From Eledone cirrhosa (taxonomy: Eukaryota), in NCBI GenBank assembly GCA_964016885.1, contig OZ024750.1, positions 9,610,001 to 9,674,000 of the forward strand: 64,000 bases of DNA, written 5' to 3'. This document shows, piece by piece, positions 12,596 through 26,804 of the stretch. A program made the translations under genes and the position numbers. The notes beneath the pieces are model-generated. The model was not told where the DNA came from. It was given only the letters and a program-made list of their open reading frames with translations, and ran no database searches. Each line of letters begins with the position of its first letter. Position 1 is the stretch's first letter.

Positions 12596-12769
12596 CAAAT
12601 GGTTGAATATGCAAACTAGAAGTCTATGTACTTAGATTTGAAAACAAAAAAAAAGTCATTTATCTCTGAATCTGCTGAAGACAGGTTTAGACTAGTTGCT
12701 GTTACTTACTGTTGCTTTGGTGATCACCTTAACCTTCCAACAACTACTTCCTCTTCTCTCTCTCTCTCG

Positions 12770-12839
<70 letters not shown>

Positions 12840-12910
12840 CATACCACACACACATACACACACATGTATGTGCAAGTATCCATAAACACATGCAAGGCTC
12901 TCATAGTATC

Positions 12911-12972
<62 letters not shown>

Positions 12973-13257
12973 GCGTTTATCATCATGCATATCTCCCCAT
13001 CACGCTAGCTTTCACAATATAAAACCAATTCTAAATATACAAGCACAATCACACATACAGACACTCACATACAGACATGCACACTCACTCACATACAAAA
13101 CACACAGTCACATACACACAAGTTTAATAACTCTATGAAAATTACTTTCTGAAACCTCACACATTACCTTCTACTATCATATAGCTAATAACCACATCCC
13201 ATATTCAAAATTATGCCCCATCACTAGAACTAAACACACACACATATATATATATAT

Positions 13258-13380
13258 ACAGTATTTCCCGGCATCGAAGACCCTACTTTTTTCCTAAAAT
13301 AAGTCTCAAAAATCTACTATGCATCCAGGAGGCAGAAAGTTGTTTATTATTTTTTTCAAATTTTTGGTTGTCAAAATTAT
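13258..13380. mobile_element. pogo/mariner-type MITE, partial
   Basis: TA-cagtatttcccggcatcgaagac terminus. Same family as 23882-24053. Confidence 0.65.
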
Positions 13381-13636
13381 ACATGTATATATATATATAT
13401 ACATGTATATATATATACACATGTATATATATATATATATATATACACATGTATATATATATATATACATGTATATAATGTAGGAGGTGAGTTTTATTGT
13501 AGTACAATAAAGCAATGCAGATATCGGATAAGAAGCACTCTACAGTTTGTGGGACTGGAGTATGCATAATATAAGATGTTGATTTAAAACTGCACTATCC
13601 ACAAGTGTTTTTTAGCCTTCATATCATGTTCTCCTG

Positions 13637-13703
13637 TTTTATCTGATGAAAACACAAATATTATTGCTTGATGATGTTTGTTTTTGAAATGCGCATAATA
13701 AAA
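13637..13703 (+). ncRNA. Type I hammerhead ribozyme
   Basis: ttttat-CTGATGA-aaacacaaatattat...atgatgtttgttttt-GAAA-tgcgca-TA^ataaaa. Palindromic helix III ATGCGCAT. Lies in a (TA)n-flanked insert at ~13478-13740. Confidence 0.8.
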
Positions 13704-13769
13704 TATATGGAACTCCTTTAACCATCTTTTGATCTTATATTATACATGTATATATATATATATATGCAC

Positions 13770-13821
<52 letters not shown>

Positions 13822-14340
13822 GAAAAGTATAGAAATTATTGTGAGCAAGAAGCCAACAGTATTTCATGTGTATATATATGTGTGTGTATGCACATACACA
13901 AATGTTTTGTTCAACAAATAACTTGTATAAAATGTATTAAGTAATTTAATGTGTTGCGTTTTGTATTGTCTAAGTTAGTATGGGGGAAGCAGTGTAATAC
14001 GTTTGACTAAGAAAACTACATTTCCTTCTTACAACCATTACAGAATGTGAAAAGCTCAGCAGTAAATTGCTTATCAGACATTTGTAATGTTTGTTTAAGT
14101 AAACAGTGATAAGAACAGATATACCTAATTAGAAACATGTATATACATATATATATATATATATACACCCATATATATATATATACACCCACATATATAT
14201 ATATATATATACTCACATATATATATGTATATATATATATATATATATATCCACATATATATATATATATATACCCATATATATATATATATACCCACAT
14301 ATATATATATATATACCCATATATATATATATACACCCAC

Positions 14341-14415
<75 letters not shown>

Positions 14416-14679
14416 CATGTATACCAAATTTTTTGATGTCTGGTATTGTATAGGTGGATACAACCATGCACATATACACACATACATACACTTACTTACA
14501 TGCACACACATACACACACACGTGTGTGTATGTGTGTGCATGTTGGAAAAATCGGTAACATTGGAAACTATATTCACAAGGGCATACAAATTTAATTTTA
14601 CACATACACACAAACACACAGGCATAAATATAAACAGACACACACATACATACATACATACACACACACATGTGCCATT

Positions 14680-15205
14680 ACTGATTCCCCAAAAGAAAGA
14701 TGCATGAAAGAGGTTGCTAAATGAGGAGAATACATGGGAATGTGAGGGTCTACTCCAAAAAGACCCTACAGAGGAACTAGCCATTGAACTTTACTGGAAG
14801 GTGGTAAATAAAGCAAAGTATTAAGGATATGAAAGTACAGAAGGGAGCTGACCTATTGAGGATTGTCACTGAGATGTCACTCTTGTGGAGCAGGACACAG
14901 TCTAGACATTGTTATAATAAAGCAGATAGTTGCAAGGTGACTTGTAGAGTAGCTTCCTTGTCAATGGCTACAAGGAGATATACTAAAGAGAGGTATTTAC
15001 AGAGGTATTAAATTGATGGATCAAGTCATAAAGATAAGAGAGAAAATTATAGCAAACCGATTAGAGACAGAATTAATTTTCATTAAATGTAGTTTGGCTT
15101 TATACCAAGGTGAAGCACTACCAATTCCATCTTTCTAATAGAAATAATTACAGAAGTACTTAACATTAATTGACCTGGAAAAGGCCTTTGAGAGAATCCC
15201 ACGAC
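14680..15205 (+). pseudogene. Heavily decayed RTE reverse transcriptase fragment
   Basis: Contains DLEKAFERIP (DLEKAFDRVP-like) and FGFIP..STT..IFL motifs, with many stops and frameshifts. Confidence 0.65.
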
Positions 15206-15769
15206 TAATTATTAGTTGAGAGAACAGCCTCCTCCAATTGCCGGCTAGGAATCAAAGAAGAAGAAACTAGTTAATATCACAATTCCAAGATGGAGTTATC
15301 TTAGTTTTGTTGATCAGGCAATTCATGTTCATCATACATTTTTTTTTAAATAAGGCTGATTTTCCCCTGGGGGTTGTGATGTTTCAATATCTTTTTGATG
15401 ACTCATGTTGTAAATATTTCTTTTAGATTTCAAATACTGCTGGAAGTTGCTTTTGTCTTTCATCCATACCATCATCTGGTCTTTGGATCAATAAAATAAG
15501 AACCAATAGTATCTGGGAGTCAATCCTCTCCCTCCTACAAATTGTGGTTTTGCATAAGTAGTAGAAATTCCTGTTATCCAATCAGTTACACGTTTTATGA
15601 ACTCCTAAATAGTCAAGTTTAAACCAATCACATCAGTTATCAAGTGAAGAGTACTTAAACTCTATGGTCATATCAAAAGATCAACTTGTGGTGTGAGTAA
15701 GTTTTCATATCTCTATCAATGAACTACTCAACATTACCAACCTTAAACCAATCACATTAGTTATCAAGT

Positions 15770-16010
15770 CAAATGTATTTAAACTGTATGGTTATATCGA
15801 ATGATCAACTCATGGTGTGAGTAAGTTAGGCCTAGAAGAAAATTTAGCTGGTAAGAGAAGCAAGGGTCGACAGCCAAAACGCTGGCTTAATAATGTCAAC
15901 TTATGGACTGGACTTGACCTTTGCTCTTTAAACTCTGCTGGTGGTGATCAAACTTTGTGGAGAAGAATATCTCGTGTTTATGCGCAGTCTGCAACAGGTG
16001 GAGTGAGCAT
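15770..16010 (+). pseudogene. RTE-clade LINE ORF2 C-terminal remnant
   Basis: LKLYGYI...LAGKRSKGRQPKRWLNNV...LWRR resembles the RTE GxRxRGRPxxRW motif. Confidence 0.7.
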
Positions 16011-17674
16011 CTCGGAAATAATCATAGATTTGTGTAAGTCTACATAGAAAACACAAATACAAAGACTAGAATTGGAAAAATTTATAAAAATCTATTTTTC
16101 AATACCAGTTCAATATATTTTGGAAAATATTTGAACAAAGATATTCTTATAAAACAGACAAAGATCTCACTTACTGGTTACAACCAATGTTCTATTCATA
16201 AGTTAGTGGTCACTGAAAACTAACAAATATCAAAAGCTGGAATCAATAGACATATTCTATTCCCAAAACAAAACCAAAAAACAAATAAGTAAATTATTGA
16301 ACTAGAGAAAAGAAATAAAAAGATAAAACTTCCCAGAATAGAAACAACAAACAAGAATTTTCATCACATCGTATCAGATATTGACTGAAGAAATTGAATG
16401 AAGAAACAGAAGATACCTTCAAAGAGATATAGAAAACTACCTGAACTTTAGAGGCTTTGGGAAATATTTCTATGTTTAACAGAACTGAGAATGCTAAAAA
16501 AAGTAAAGTAAAAGAATAGCAAAAACCATAAAATATATATATATACTAAAACCAACAGATGAACAAATGATTAATAAGTATCATATGTTGTAAAGGGGTT
16601 GGTGATAGGAAAAGCATCTAGCTGTAGAAAGATTGCTAAACAAAGGGTTGAGAGGACCCCTCAGTCATGTCAAGGACATTTGGGCCTCCCTGGTGTTGGT
16701 GATCTACACAATAAATACACCGAGTACATGTTGTAAAGTGGTTGGTTCTTTTTCCTCCTCCTCCTTTTTTCTTTCTTTTGTTTCACTCATGAAAGTTTCA
16801 TGCTCTAAGCTATCTTTGACAAAAGTACAAGAGTACAAGAACACAAAAGCACAAATGTACAAGAGTGCAAGAGTACTCTTACAACAGACCTGAATACATG
16901 TTAGAGAAGTGACTTTACCTTATTGAAGTTGTCATCAGAATGACAACCCTACCATTTCACCATTTCCTCATATCCTGTTCTACTTGCAACTTGTACCATA
17001 TAGCTTAGTGCAATATATCTGATGGTCAGAGTGTTACAAACTAAATCTCTCTCTCCCTGGCCCACTCAACTTACATATTCAAAAAATTAAAATAAAATTA
17101 AATTAAATTAAATAAACTGAGATATAGAAAATATAAATATTTCTGTTGAATCAAATAACAGAACCAAAATTAAATTTTTAAAACTAACCAAATTTATATA
17201 AATATTAGGAAAACTAACTAACTATCTGTTGATGCCAAACATGGCAGTAAAATACTGAAGAACAACTAGAAGAATATTTAGTTTATACAGAAGAAAAGAA
17301 AAGAAAAATATAGGATGTGATGAAAAGATTGCTGCCATATAATGTTAAATTAATAATGCCTCCAAGAATATTTTTGAAAAAAAAGTATTTTTATATAAGA
17401 ACATAATAGATATCATATTTGTAAAAGATGTCATTACTGCAGGGAAAATTGGCAAAACACAGAATAAAAATAATATCAGCCAAATGTTTTTTGTAGAATT
17501 TTCCCAATTTTTTTTGTCATTTTGTGTGTGTGAGGGGGGGGGGTCATTTTTTTCTTTGTGTGGAGGTGGTATTTAATGATATGCAGAGAGCTACATCATA
17601 AAACTCTGATAGGATTTTCATGTAGATTGTGGTTTATCCAAAGTGTTGTGAATTCTTTTTTCTCGTTTTCATTT

Positions 17675-17905
17675 AATGAGGAGGTGAAATGGCAGAGCTT
17701 GGATGAACTGAGAGAGAAGTTGGATTTAAGAGGAATCTGAGGTGGTGTGCAGGAGAGAAGACTGTGTTGGTACAGACATGTGATGTGCAACGATGATAAT
17801 CACTTGATGAAGAAGTGTCAGGAAATCCTAGTGAAAGGAAGCTGCAGTAGAGGTAGACCAAGAAAGACCTGGGCAGAGGTTGTGAAAGCTGACCTCAAAT
17901 CAAAA
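17675..17905 (+). pseudogene. RTE LINE 3' ORF remnant
   Basis: DELREKLDLRGI*..QERRLCWYRHVM...RGRPRKTWAEVVKADL, homologous to 52712 and 54234. Confidence 0.85.
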
Positions 17906-18172
17906 AAATTGTTAGTAGAAAATGTTAGTAGACACCATCAAACACAGAAAGCTATTCTTAGTTTAACCCTTTAGTATTTACATTACTCAATATTTACTAT
18001 TGTATTTTCACGGTAAAGGCTTTACCTCATACAATATCGAATCTGAGATTTTGATATTATTTATTTTGAGCACAATATCTTAACATCAGTATGAGTGCCC
18101 AGTTACGGCCAGTTTGAACAGAAAGAGTTGAGAGGTGGTTGACATTAGGAAAGGCTTCCTACTGTAGAAACC

Positions 18173-18203
<31 letters not shown>

Positions 18204-18240
18204 CAGATCATATATATTTTAGTTCTGATGTTTATATCTT

Positions 18241-18638
18241 TTAACCCTTTAGCATTTATGTTATTCTATAAAGTATTTACCTCATATAATATCTCATATA
18301 ATATCGAATTTATGAGATTTTGATATTATTTATTTTAAGAACAATACCTTAACATCAGTATGAACGGCCAGTTGTGATCAGTTTGAACAGAAAGAGGTGA
18401 AAGAATACTGGCCAGATACAGTCAGTTGAAATGCTAAAGGGTTAAAGTCTTGGTCAGGGCAGGCCTCTGCCTGCTACTGGTACCATGTAATCCAGTACAA
18501 CTTGCTTCATGGTCAAGTTGTTGGTGATAAAGCACAATACCTTAACATCAGTATGAGTAGCCAGTTATGGCCAGTTTAAACAGAAAGAGGCAAGAGAATT
18601 CTGGCCAGATAGAGCCAGTTTAAATGCTAAAGGGTTAA
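18241..18638. mobile_element. piggyBac-type MITE M1 (18241-18445) plus partial copy (18533-18638)
   Basis: TTAAccctttagcattt...aatgctaaagggTTAA. Another partial copy at 17963-18130. Confidence 0.85.
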
Positions 18639-19067
18639 CATTGGTTTTATTTTCTCTCAATGAGATACAGAATATATAAGTAATGATGAGGTACAAAAGA
18701 TAGAAAAAAAAAATTGTTATTAGAAAATGTTAGTAGACATCATTAAACAGAGAAAAGTATATTATTTTGGAGAATTAATTAGTAAAATAGCTTACAGAGA
18801 CTATCAATAGACGGCAACAGGAATGGGGGGAGGAGTAAGAGTTGTGTGGGTGGTTAATGTTAAGAAGTGGACAGATTAAAAACACAGTAAATGAATAATG
18901 GCAGCACAAAAAATACCAGGATGGTGATAACAACAACAACAACAATAACAACAACAATAATAACAACAACAACAACAACAACAAGCCTTTTAGATCCTTG
19001 ATCTGGGTTTATCTGGGATAGAAAAAGGAATATAATCAGAACTCCATACTACTTAATCTTTATCATA

Positions 19068-19256
19068 TTGGAGTGGTAGTATCGGTAGAGGGTCGGATGC
19101 CATGCTTTGCAGCATAGAGTTACGGCCCTTTGCGGTCTGAGTTCAAATCCCGCCGAGGTTAACTTTGCCTTTCATCCTTACGGGGATTGATAAAATAAAG
19201 TACCAGTAATACACTGGGATAATTTCTGGCCTTGTGCCAAAAGTAGAAACAATTAT
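19068..19256 (+). mobile_element. tRNA-derived SINE S1
   Basis: Near full-length copy with A/B boxes and tail. Confidence 0.85.
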
Positions 19257-19530
19257 TTTTATTGCTTTTTCTCTCTTTAAAGTTGATGTACAACATACTA
19301 ATTACATAGAGACTTCCTGGAAAACCAAAATATTCAATTTCCTTAGAGTACAAATGTGTTGTGTGTGAAAAAGATATCTGTATTATACCTTGTTTTTGTT
19401 GGGGGTTTTGTTGTTGTTTATATGTATGTATGTCTATATCCACCCCCACTCCCCCACCCCCACTCTCAAGAGCATGAAACTAATAAACCTTTGTTCGTAC
19501 TGCCTCTCTGTTTTGTTCCCGTTCCATTTT

Positions 19531-19574
<44 letters not shown>

Positions 19575-19643
19575 GTCGTGTGTGTATGTGAGTGTGTATA
19601 TATATATATATATATATACATGTATGGTCGTGTGTGTATGTGA

Positions 19644-19700
<57 letters not shown>

Positions 19701-19717
19701 CTCGTGTGTGTATGTGA

Positions 19718-19782
<65 letters not shown>

Positions 19783-20932
19783 CATGTACACTGTGTGCGT
19801 GAGGCTGCCTATATTTTTAGTTCATCTGTATGAAGTCACTGCCACAGTAACAACTCCACATCTCCACATATCTTAGCACATAAATTTCAAACTTTGGGGC
19901 AAACATCATACCTTCTCCATCACACACTCCCCAGTCCCCACCCCCACCTAATTTCGAATAATCATAATAATAATAATTCCCTTAACCAATCTTCTTCATT
20001 CCTAAACTCAACTCAATGACTCTAATTGACTTTGAAGCTAAAATTTCTATTCAACTGCACCTTGAATTCCTTCTCCCATAAAAGGACTTTTTTTCATTTT
20101 TATTCCTATATATTACCAAATTAACATTGTTAGATAAATACTGACCAAAAAAAAGCAAAAACCAAATCTACCAAGATCCTTCTAACCCTAACCCTAATAT
20201 ATATTATGACCTAAATATCTTTTATCAAATCTGTTATCGAATTCGAGTTCAAAGAACTCCCCGTTTCTCAGAGAAATTAGCTCTTTTATAAATGTTTTTC
20301 TGGTACACTCATTTGAACTTGGTTCACTGGATCACGTTTCTGGTTAATTCCTGATTACTTGTAACTTTTAACCAATACCATTCTCTGTGTATCAGATATT
20401 GTTTACTGTACTTGTCAACTATGTTCAAGTAACCCAAACAAAACTGTATGAAATGTACGTAGTTGAACCTTATAACCCTTTAGTCCATCATGTTGTACAC
20501 ATCAGTAGAAAAATATATCAACATCTACCGATAACCATGGTTATCTACCAATAACCATGACTGATTTAGGCACAAGACCAGAAATTTGAAGGGAAAGGGT
20601 AAATCGATTAAATCCCCCCCCCCCTCCCCCAGTGCATTACTGTTACTTCATTTTATTGACCCCGTAAGGCAACGCTAACCTCGGCAGGATTTGAACTCAT
20701 GAAGATAGACTAATAAATAAAGTACCAAATAAGTACTACCTCTCTTTCTCTCTCTCCCCTTTCCCCCTTCCCCCTCTCTGCCTCTCTCTCATACACATAC
20801 TTTCTCTCTCTCACACACACACACTCACACACACACACACCCTCTCTCTCACACACACACACACTTGCTATCTCTCTCTCTCACACACACACACATTTAC
20901 TATCTCTCTCTCTCTCACACACACACTTGCTA

Positions 20933-20964
<32 letters not shown>

Positions 20965-21760
20965 TTACTATCTATCTCTCTCACACACACACACTTACTA
21001 TCTCTCTCTCTCTCACACACACACTCTATCTCTCTCTCAATTGTTAGCAATTCCCAGAGAGAAGGAGAGATAATTTCAATAAAATCAACAACAAAATAAA
21101 CACCGATAAGTATGAATAAGTTTCAGTTTTATCTTTGGCCAAAAATATACGGAATATATTTTTTTGTGTAAAACTAATGTCTGGTCAGTAAACATGTTGA
21201 GACTCTAGTAAAACAACTTCCTCTCTCTCGCGCTCTCTCTCTCTCAATTGTTAGCAATCCCCAAAGAGAATGAGAGGTAATAAATCATGTAACATAGATG
21301 TACCTTGGTTGCAACAAAAATCAAACTTTCTTTTCTCTAGCTTGTTAAATTATTCAGGAATTTATTTTTGACTTTCACAAATTATCTCTCAGCCTTTCTT
21401 TGGGAATTGCAAGCAATTCCTTCCAGGTGTTTGGTTCTCCATCTTCTTCCACTCAATTAAGGTTTTAAATATATTCGGAATATTTTGAGCATGACATTCA
21501 GTACACCACCCTTTGGCTTTATTGTTCAAATTCATGCTATTAGCACTTTTCAGTTATTTCTCTTACCTTGTTATATATGTGTGTGTGTATATATATATAT
21601 ATGTATGTATATATACATGGGGGGGGGAGAAAGAGAGATAATGTACCAATCAAGTGCTAGGGACATTTTTACTCTTACACACTCCATCTCTCTCTCTCTC
21701 TCTCTCTGTATATATATAACTTTAATCTGTTATTTTAATAAATATATATATATATATATA

Positions 21761-21900
21761 GAATGAAGAAAGTGTGGTAAGGAGCCAGGTGGACCATAAC
21801 ACACCTGAGTACTCGATACTTAGGGTAGTAGAGTGGGTGATAGGAAAAACAGTCAGGACCCTGACGGCTGAGCTCCGGCCATTTCAACAGCTAGATCCAA
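21761..21900 (-). mobile_element. Family C hammerhead element, truncated in helix II
   Basis: Homologous to 2549-2690. Flanked by (TA)n and (GA)n. Confidence 0.7.
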
Positions 21901-22011
21901 GAGAGAGAGAGAGAGAGATCAATACCCACTCTACATCTCCCCATGATTGGTGGTTTCTTCGGTTGCAGCACAGCAGACTTTCTCTCTCTCTCTCTCTTCT
22001 CTCTCTCTCTA

Positions 22012-22077
<66 letters not shown>

Positions 22078-22907
22078 AGTTGCAGGGAAACCACTCATCA
22101 CAGGATTTTTTTCTCCAGAAATGAAGGAAGGGTAAACTTAAGAGAATAGCAACAACAGCAACAACAATAACCACAACAAAATTCTCCGGCATTATTAAAA
22201 CCATCGAAAGCTTGACACCGATGAGAGGCGACATACCAGAGAATATCACGAAAAAATGTTGATTAAATAAGTACCACTTGATTAAATAATCTATACCAAC
22301 CCCTCAAAAAATATTTTTGGCTGTGAGCCTAATTTAGAAATCATTAATAATTAGATATAATGGCAACACAGTGTTCCTTGTTTCAAATATTATTTGGACA
22401 TTTTTTTTTTACATACTTGCTTCCCATATATTTTATTTAAAGCCACAATAAGTTCTTTAAATAAATTATTATTACACAACACTGTTACATTACAAGCAGA
22501 ACTATATAAAGATGTTCAGTAACGCCTGTTTAATGGCCCTTATGCTTCAATGGGTCATCTATTTTGGAATAGTTATCTTACATGTTAAAAAAAATCAATG
22601 GATGAAATGGCTTGGTGAGAAGCTGCCTCTATTTATAAACCTATCAATAAGGTAAGACATAATAATGTTATAATTTTATCAGTTTTCAGTAGATGATAAA
22701 GAGATATACTGCCATAAAATCGAAGATTAAACCAAAGTTCTAATACAATATAGAGCTATTCTCTCTAACAACAATAAGGAAAATTAGAAATTAAAAAGAA
22801 ATCTATTTTCAAAGACTGTAGTAAGTTATTTATGTGGCTTTTTGTTCTCTCATAACTCAGTGAGACATCTAGCTATATCTGTCTGTCTGTCTGTCTAACT
22901 GTCTAAC

Positions 22908-22940
<33 letters not shown>

Positions 22941-23881
22941 GCCTAACTGTCAGTCTATCTGTCAGTCTATCTGTCTGCCTAACTGTCAGTCTATCTGTCT
23001 ATCTAACTACCCGTCTGTTTACTTCTCACTTTATATATATATATATAAAACACATATATGTGTGTGTGAGTCCCGAATGAAACAGTTCTAGTTCTGTAGA
23101 AACCATTTCTATATTAAATTTGTTTTATATATATAGAGAGAGAGATAGATAGATAGATAGATGTAGTTATTGAGCTTTTTACCTATAACTACATAAAAAC
23201 ATTGAACTTTTTACCTGTAACTTCATAAAAACATTGAGCTTTGAGTAAATCGATTGGGCTATTATATACTTTCCTATATAGCGCTCTACATGGAAACAAA
23301 TTTTTATTCTTGCTATATGTATATATATATATGTGTGTGTATATATGTGTGTTTGTGTGTGTGTGTGTATATATATATATATGTGTGTGTGTATGTATAT
23401 ATATATATATATATATAGCTAGTATTTTCTAACACTTACAGCTGTTGTGAAGTGCCAACTGTTCACAAATCTCATTATGACTGGACATCATGCTTCATCA
23501 GATTAGATTCCCAACAGAGAAAGGAAAGCAACATAATATTAATCTGTCTGAGTGTGTAACTATGAAGAGACTATAGGAGAGGTACTGTGGTCCAAAGAAT
23601 TAGGTAATTAAAGATTCTGGCAGCATAAGAGAGAAATAATAGCATGGGACTGGCACTATATTTGATTATTTTTCAATTGTTTTCAAAAGTTTATATTATT
23701 ATTGTAGACATTGTAGAGTATTTCAAAAGAAACTTGGGAAGGTACAAACTTTGAAAGGGAAAGTAGAAACTATAAATGTTTGAAGCTGTTAAACTAGCAA
23801 CAAAGGGAAAAGGAATAATTTGGTTAAACAAATCAAAGTATTCTTCATGCCTCTGTATTTATCTACATATAAAATTCCATG

Positions 23882-24051
23882 TACCGTATTTCCCAGCGTC
23901 GAAGACACTACTTTTTTCCTAAAATAAGTCTCAAAAATCTACCATGCATCCTGGAGGCCGGAGGTTGTTTATTGTTTTTTTTTCAAATTTTTGGTTGTCA
24001 AAATTAGAGTGCGTCTCTGAGGACGAAGCGTCTTTGGCGTCGGAAAATACA

Positions 24052-24053
<2 letters not shown>
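23882..24053. mobile_element. pogo/mariner-type MITE
   Basis: Imperfect TIRs ccgtatttcccagcgtcgaagac / gtctttggcgtcggaaaatacag, with TA flanks. Confidence 0.7.
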
Positions 24054-24110
<57 letters not shown>

Positions 24111-24550
24111 CATGTATGTATGAATATCATTGCAGGGCAATTGACTCCCTTGTGAACTTACCTGCAAATCATTGGCTGGGTTAAAGTCCATGGGTTAAAG
24201 ACATAAATATCCGAACTAAAACATATATGATGTGTGTGTGTGTATATATATATATGGTTTCTACAGCAGGAAGCCTTTCCTAATGCCAACCACTTTACCA
24301 GTGTGTACTGGGTGCATTTTATCTTAGCACCAGCACTACCGCATTAGAGAATGGGCTGGGTGTATTATATAGTGCCACCAGTTCCACCACCAGAGAGACT
24401 GGGAGTTAGAGATAAAGAAAATGTTTTCATCTATAATTAAAGGTTTACGCATGTCTACATGCACTTATGCCCATGCATAAATCTATGTAGGCGCATATAC
24501 ACATATGTATATTTGATGTATGCATGAAAGCATATGTGTATGTAAGAGTA

Positions 24551-24605
<55 letters not shown>

Positions 24606-25275
24606 ATCTATGTGAGTATATATATATCTGTGTGTGTGTTTGTGTATGTATGTATATACGTGTATGTGTGTATATATATATACGTGTATGTGTGTATATA
24701 TATATATATGTATGTGTGTATGTATATATATATATATATGTGTGTGTATATATATATATGTGTGTGTGTGTGTTTATATAAAACCAGTTATGTATGCATG
24801 TATTTATGCATATAATGGCATTTATTTTTGTATGTGTAAGTATGTGTGTGTATCTGTCTATATATGTTTAGATGTCTATACAGGTGTGTATATGTATATG
24901 TATATATACATGTGGTAACACCTGATTTACTTAATAGTCATCAAAGACCAGATTCTTTAGATGAGCTCACTCCTATTTTTTTTTAATGGGCACTACTATT
25001 GAAAAATCAAACTTTCTACATTTGAGGTATAGAGAGAAGTGGTGATGGTTGGGTGAGTGTGTGGCAGGGGAGAGAGGGGGGTATTGATATTTTGTTGTTA
25101 GTTTTTTGTGTTTAAATTTATGCTTGTTGTTCCTCCGTTCTTAACATTACACTAGATTTTAACATCAATCAAAACCATTTCTAAGAGTATTTCTCTGCTA
25201 GTGTGATATACATTTGAAGATCCATCCTAGAATTGTTTTGTTCTTGTGTATTTATCTAACTGATATTTTATCACT

Positions 25276-25339
<64 letters not shown>

Positions 25340-25366
25340 AGTGGCAACATGACCCTCCCAAAGTAT

Positions 25367-25401
<35 letters not shown>

Positions 25402-25411
<10 letters not shown>

Positions 25412-25580
25412 TCTGCAGTGCTGAGACCGTAGAGACAACTGATCATGGGAGTACTTGATGCATGAGGAGATGTAGAGTGGGTATAGAGACATGTAAAACC
25501 CTGACCATGGCGCCAAGCGATTTTGGCTTGTGTTTTCAGCAAGCCTTTTCTTGCTGAACATACAAGCTGAAACCACTTGA

Positions 25581-25583
<3 letters not shown>
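25402..25583. mobile_element. (TA)n-inserted fold-back element (family D) with the 3' half of a hammerhead
   Basis: Arms 25510-25543 / 25550-25583. Arm consensus GAAACCA-cttggcgcca-TGGTC. Related 3' piece at 21918-21980. Confidence 0.6.
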
Positions 25584-25623
<40 letters not shown>

Positions 25624-25711
25624 ATAAACATGAAAGGTGAGGCAGAAACGTTATAATTAAAAATATAAATTAAAATGAATTTACCCACCTCTATAACTAT
25701 ATACCACATAC

Positions 25712-25772
<61 letters not shown>

Positions 25773-25976
25773 GTCTAACCCATGCTAGCATGCTAGCATG
25801 GAAGATGGACGTTAAACAATGATTATGATGATGACATATGTGTGTATGTATATATATATATATATATATATATAGGAACGAGTAGGATCCCGACGAGTAG
25901 GATCCCACTCTACTACTCTAAGTATTGAGTACTTTGGTGCGTTATGGTCCATCGCGTTCCTTACCACATTTCCTTC

Positions 25977-26010
<34 letters not shown>

Positions 26011-26093
26011 GTCTAAACCATGCTAGCATGGAAGATGGACGTTAAACAATGATTATGATGATGATATATGTGTGTATATATATATATATATAT

Positions 26094-26401
26094 GGGATAA
26101 CAAGTTATCGTTTTAGGTAATCCAGTTAGAGGTTGTGAGTGTTCTGTACTATGGATAGTTTTAACGTACGGCATTGTTTGACTCAACAAGAGGTTTCCTT
26201 AGTTAGGTAGCGAGTTTGCGAGAATTCCCATGCAGGAGGTTCTTGGAGTAATAATAGTGAAAGAGTGAAGAATAACATGGTTGGCTGTACAAAAAGGGTT
26301 TCATTTATGGTATTAATAATTGTTCAATGAAACAATTGTTAACACTGTAAATAAAACCCTCTTTGTACAGCCGACCATGTTATTCTTCATATTTTCACTA
26401 T
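26094..26401. mobile_element. (TA)n-inserted fold-back element (family E)
   Basis: Imperfect arms 26254-26324 / 26331-26401. Minus strand has GAAAC-ccttttt-GTA-cagcc. Confidence 0.6.
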
Positions 26402-26428
26402 ATATATATATATATATATATATAGATG

Positions 26429-26479
26429 AGATTCTACAGGACTAGAACTGTTTCATTCATTAGAAATCATCAGGAATCT
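26429..26479 (-). ncRNA. Type I hammerhead ribozyme (inverted copy)
   Basis: Reverse complement of 26805-26855. Confidence 0.8.
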
Positions 26480-26804
26480 GGGTATCAAAAAATAAAAATG
26501 GTATTTATAGGTCTCTACAAGTGGTAGGAGAGGGTGGGGAGTGGGATGGGTGTAGGTCATTGGTTGATAGAAAAGGGAATTCATTAAAAGCTAATTCTAC
26601 AAAGCTATAGTTTATTTTTATTTATTTATTTATGTTTTTAGAGTAACAAAGGCAGACAGAATTCTATAAACAGGTTCTGGATGGCATACCATTCCTTGTC
26701 ATTAAGTTTCTCTTAAGCTAACAGATGTCTATAAGATCAGTGGGGGGTCAGTCATGGTCCATAGAATTAAAGAAAAGGGAGATTCTTTTTATTTTTTGAT
26801 ACCC

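Noticed and set aside
19068-19155. tRNA genes
   Set aside because: The A/B boxes belong to SINE heads and continue directly into the SINE body; no proper cloverleaf.
20184-20197. (CCCTAA)n telomere-like repeats, also at 32390-32404
   Set aside because: Only ~2.5 units, too short to interpret.
21290-21460. Possible exon or copia fragment (EEDGEPNTWKELL, minus strand)
   Set aside because: Short, has in-frame stops and overlaps a local repeat motif.
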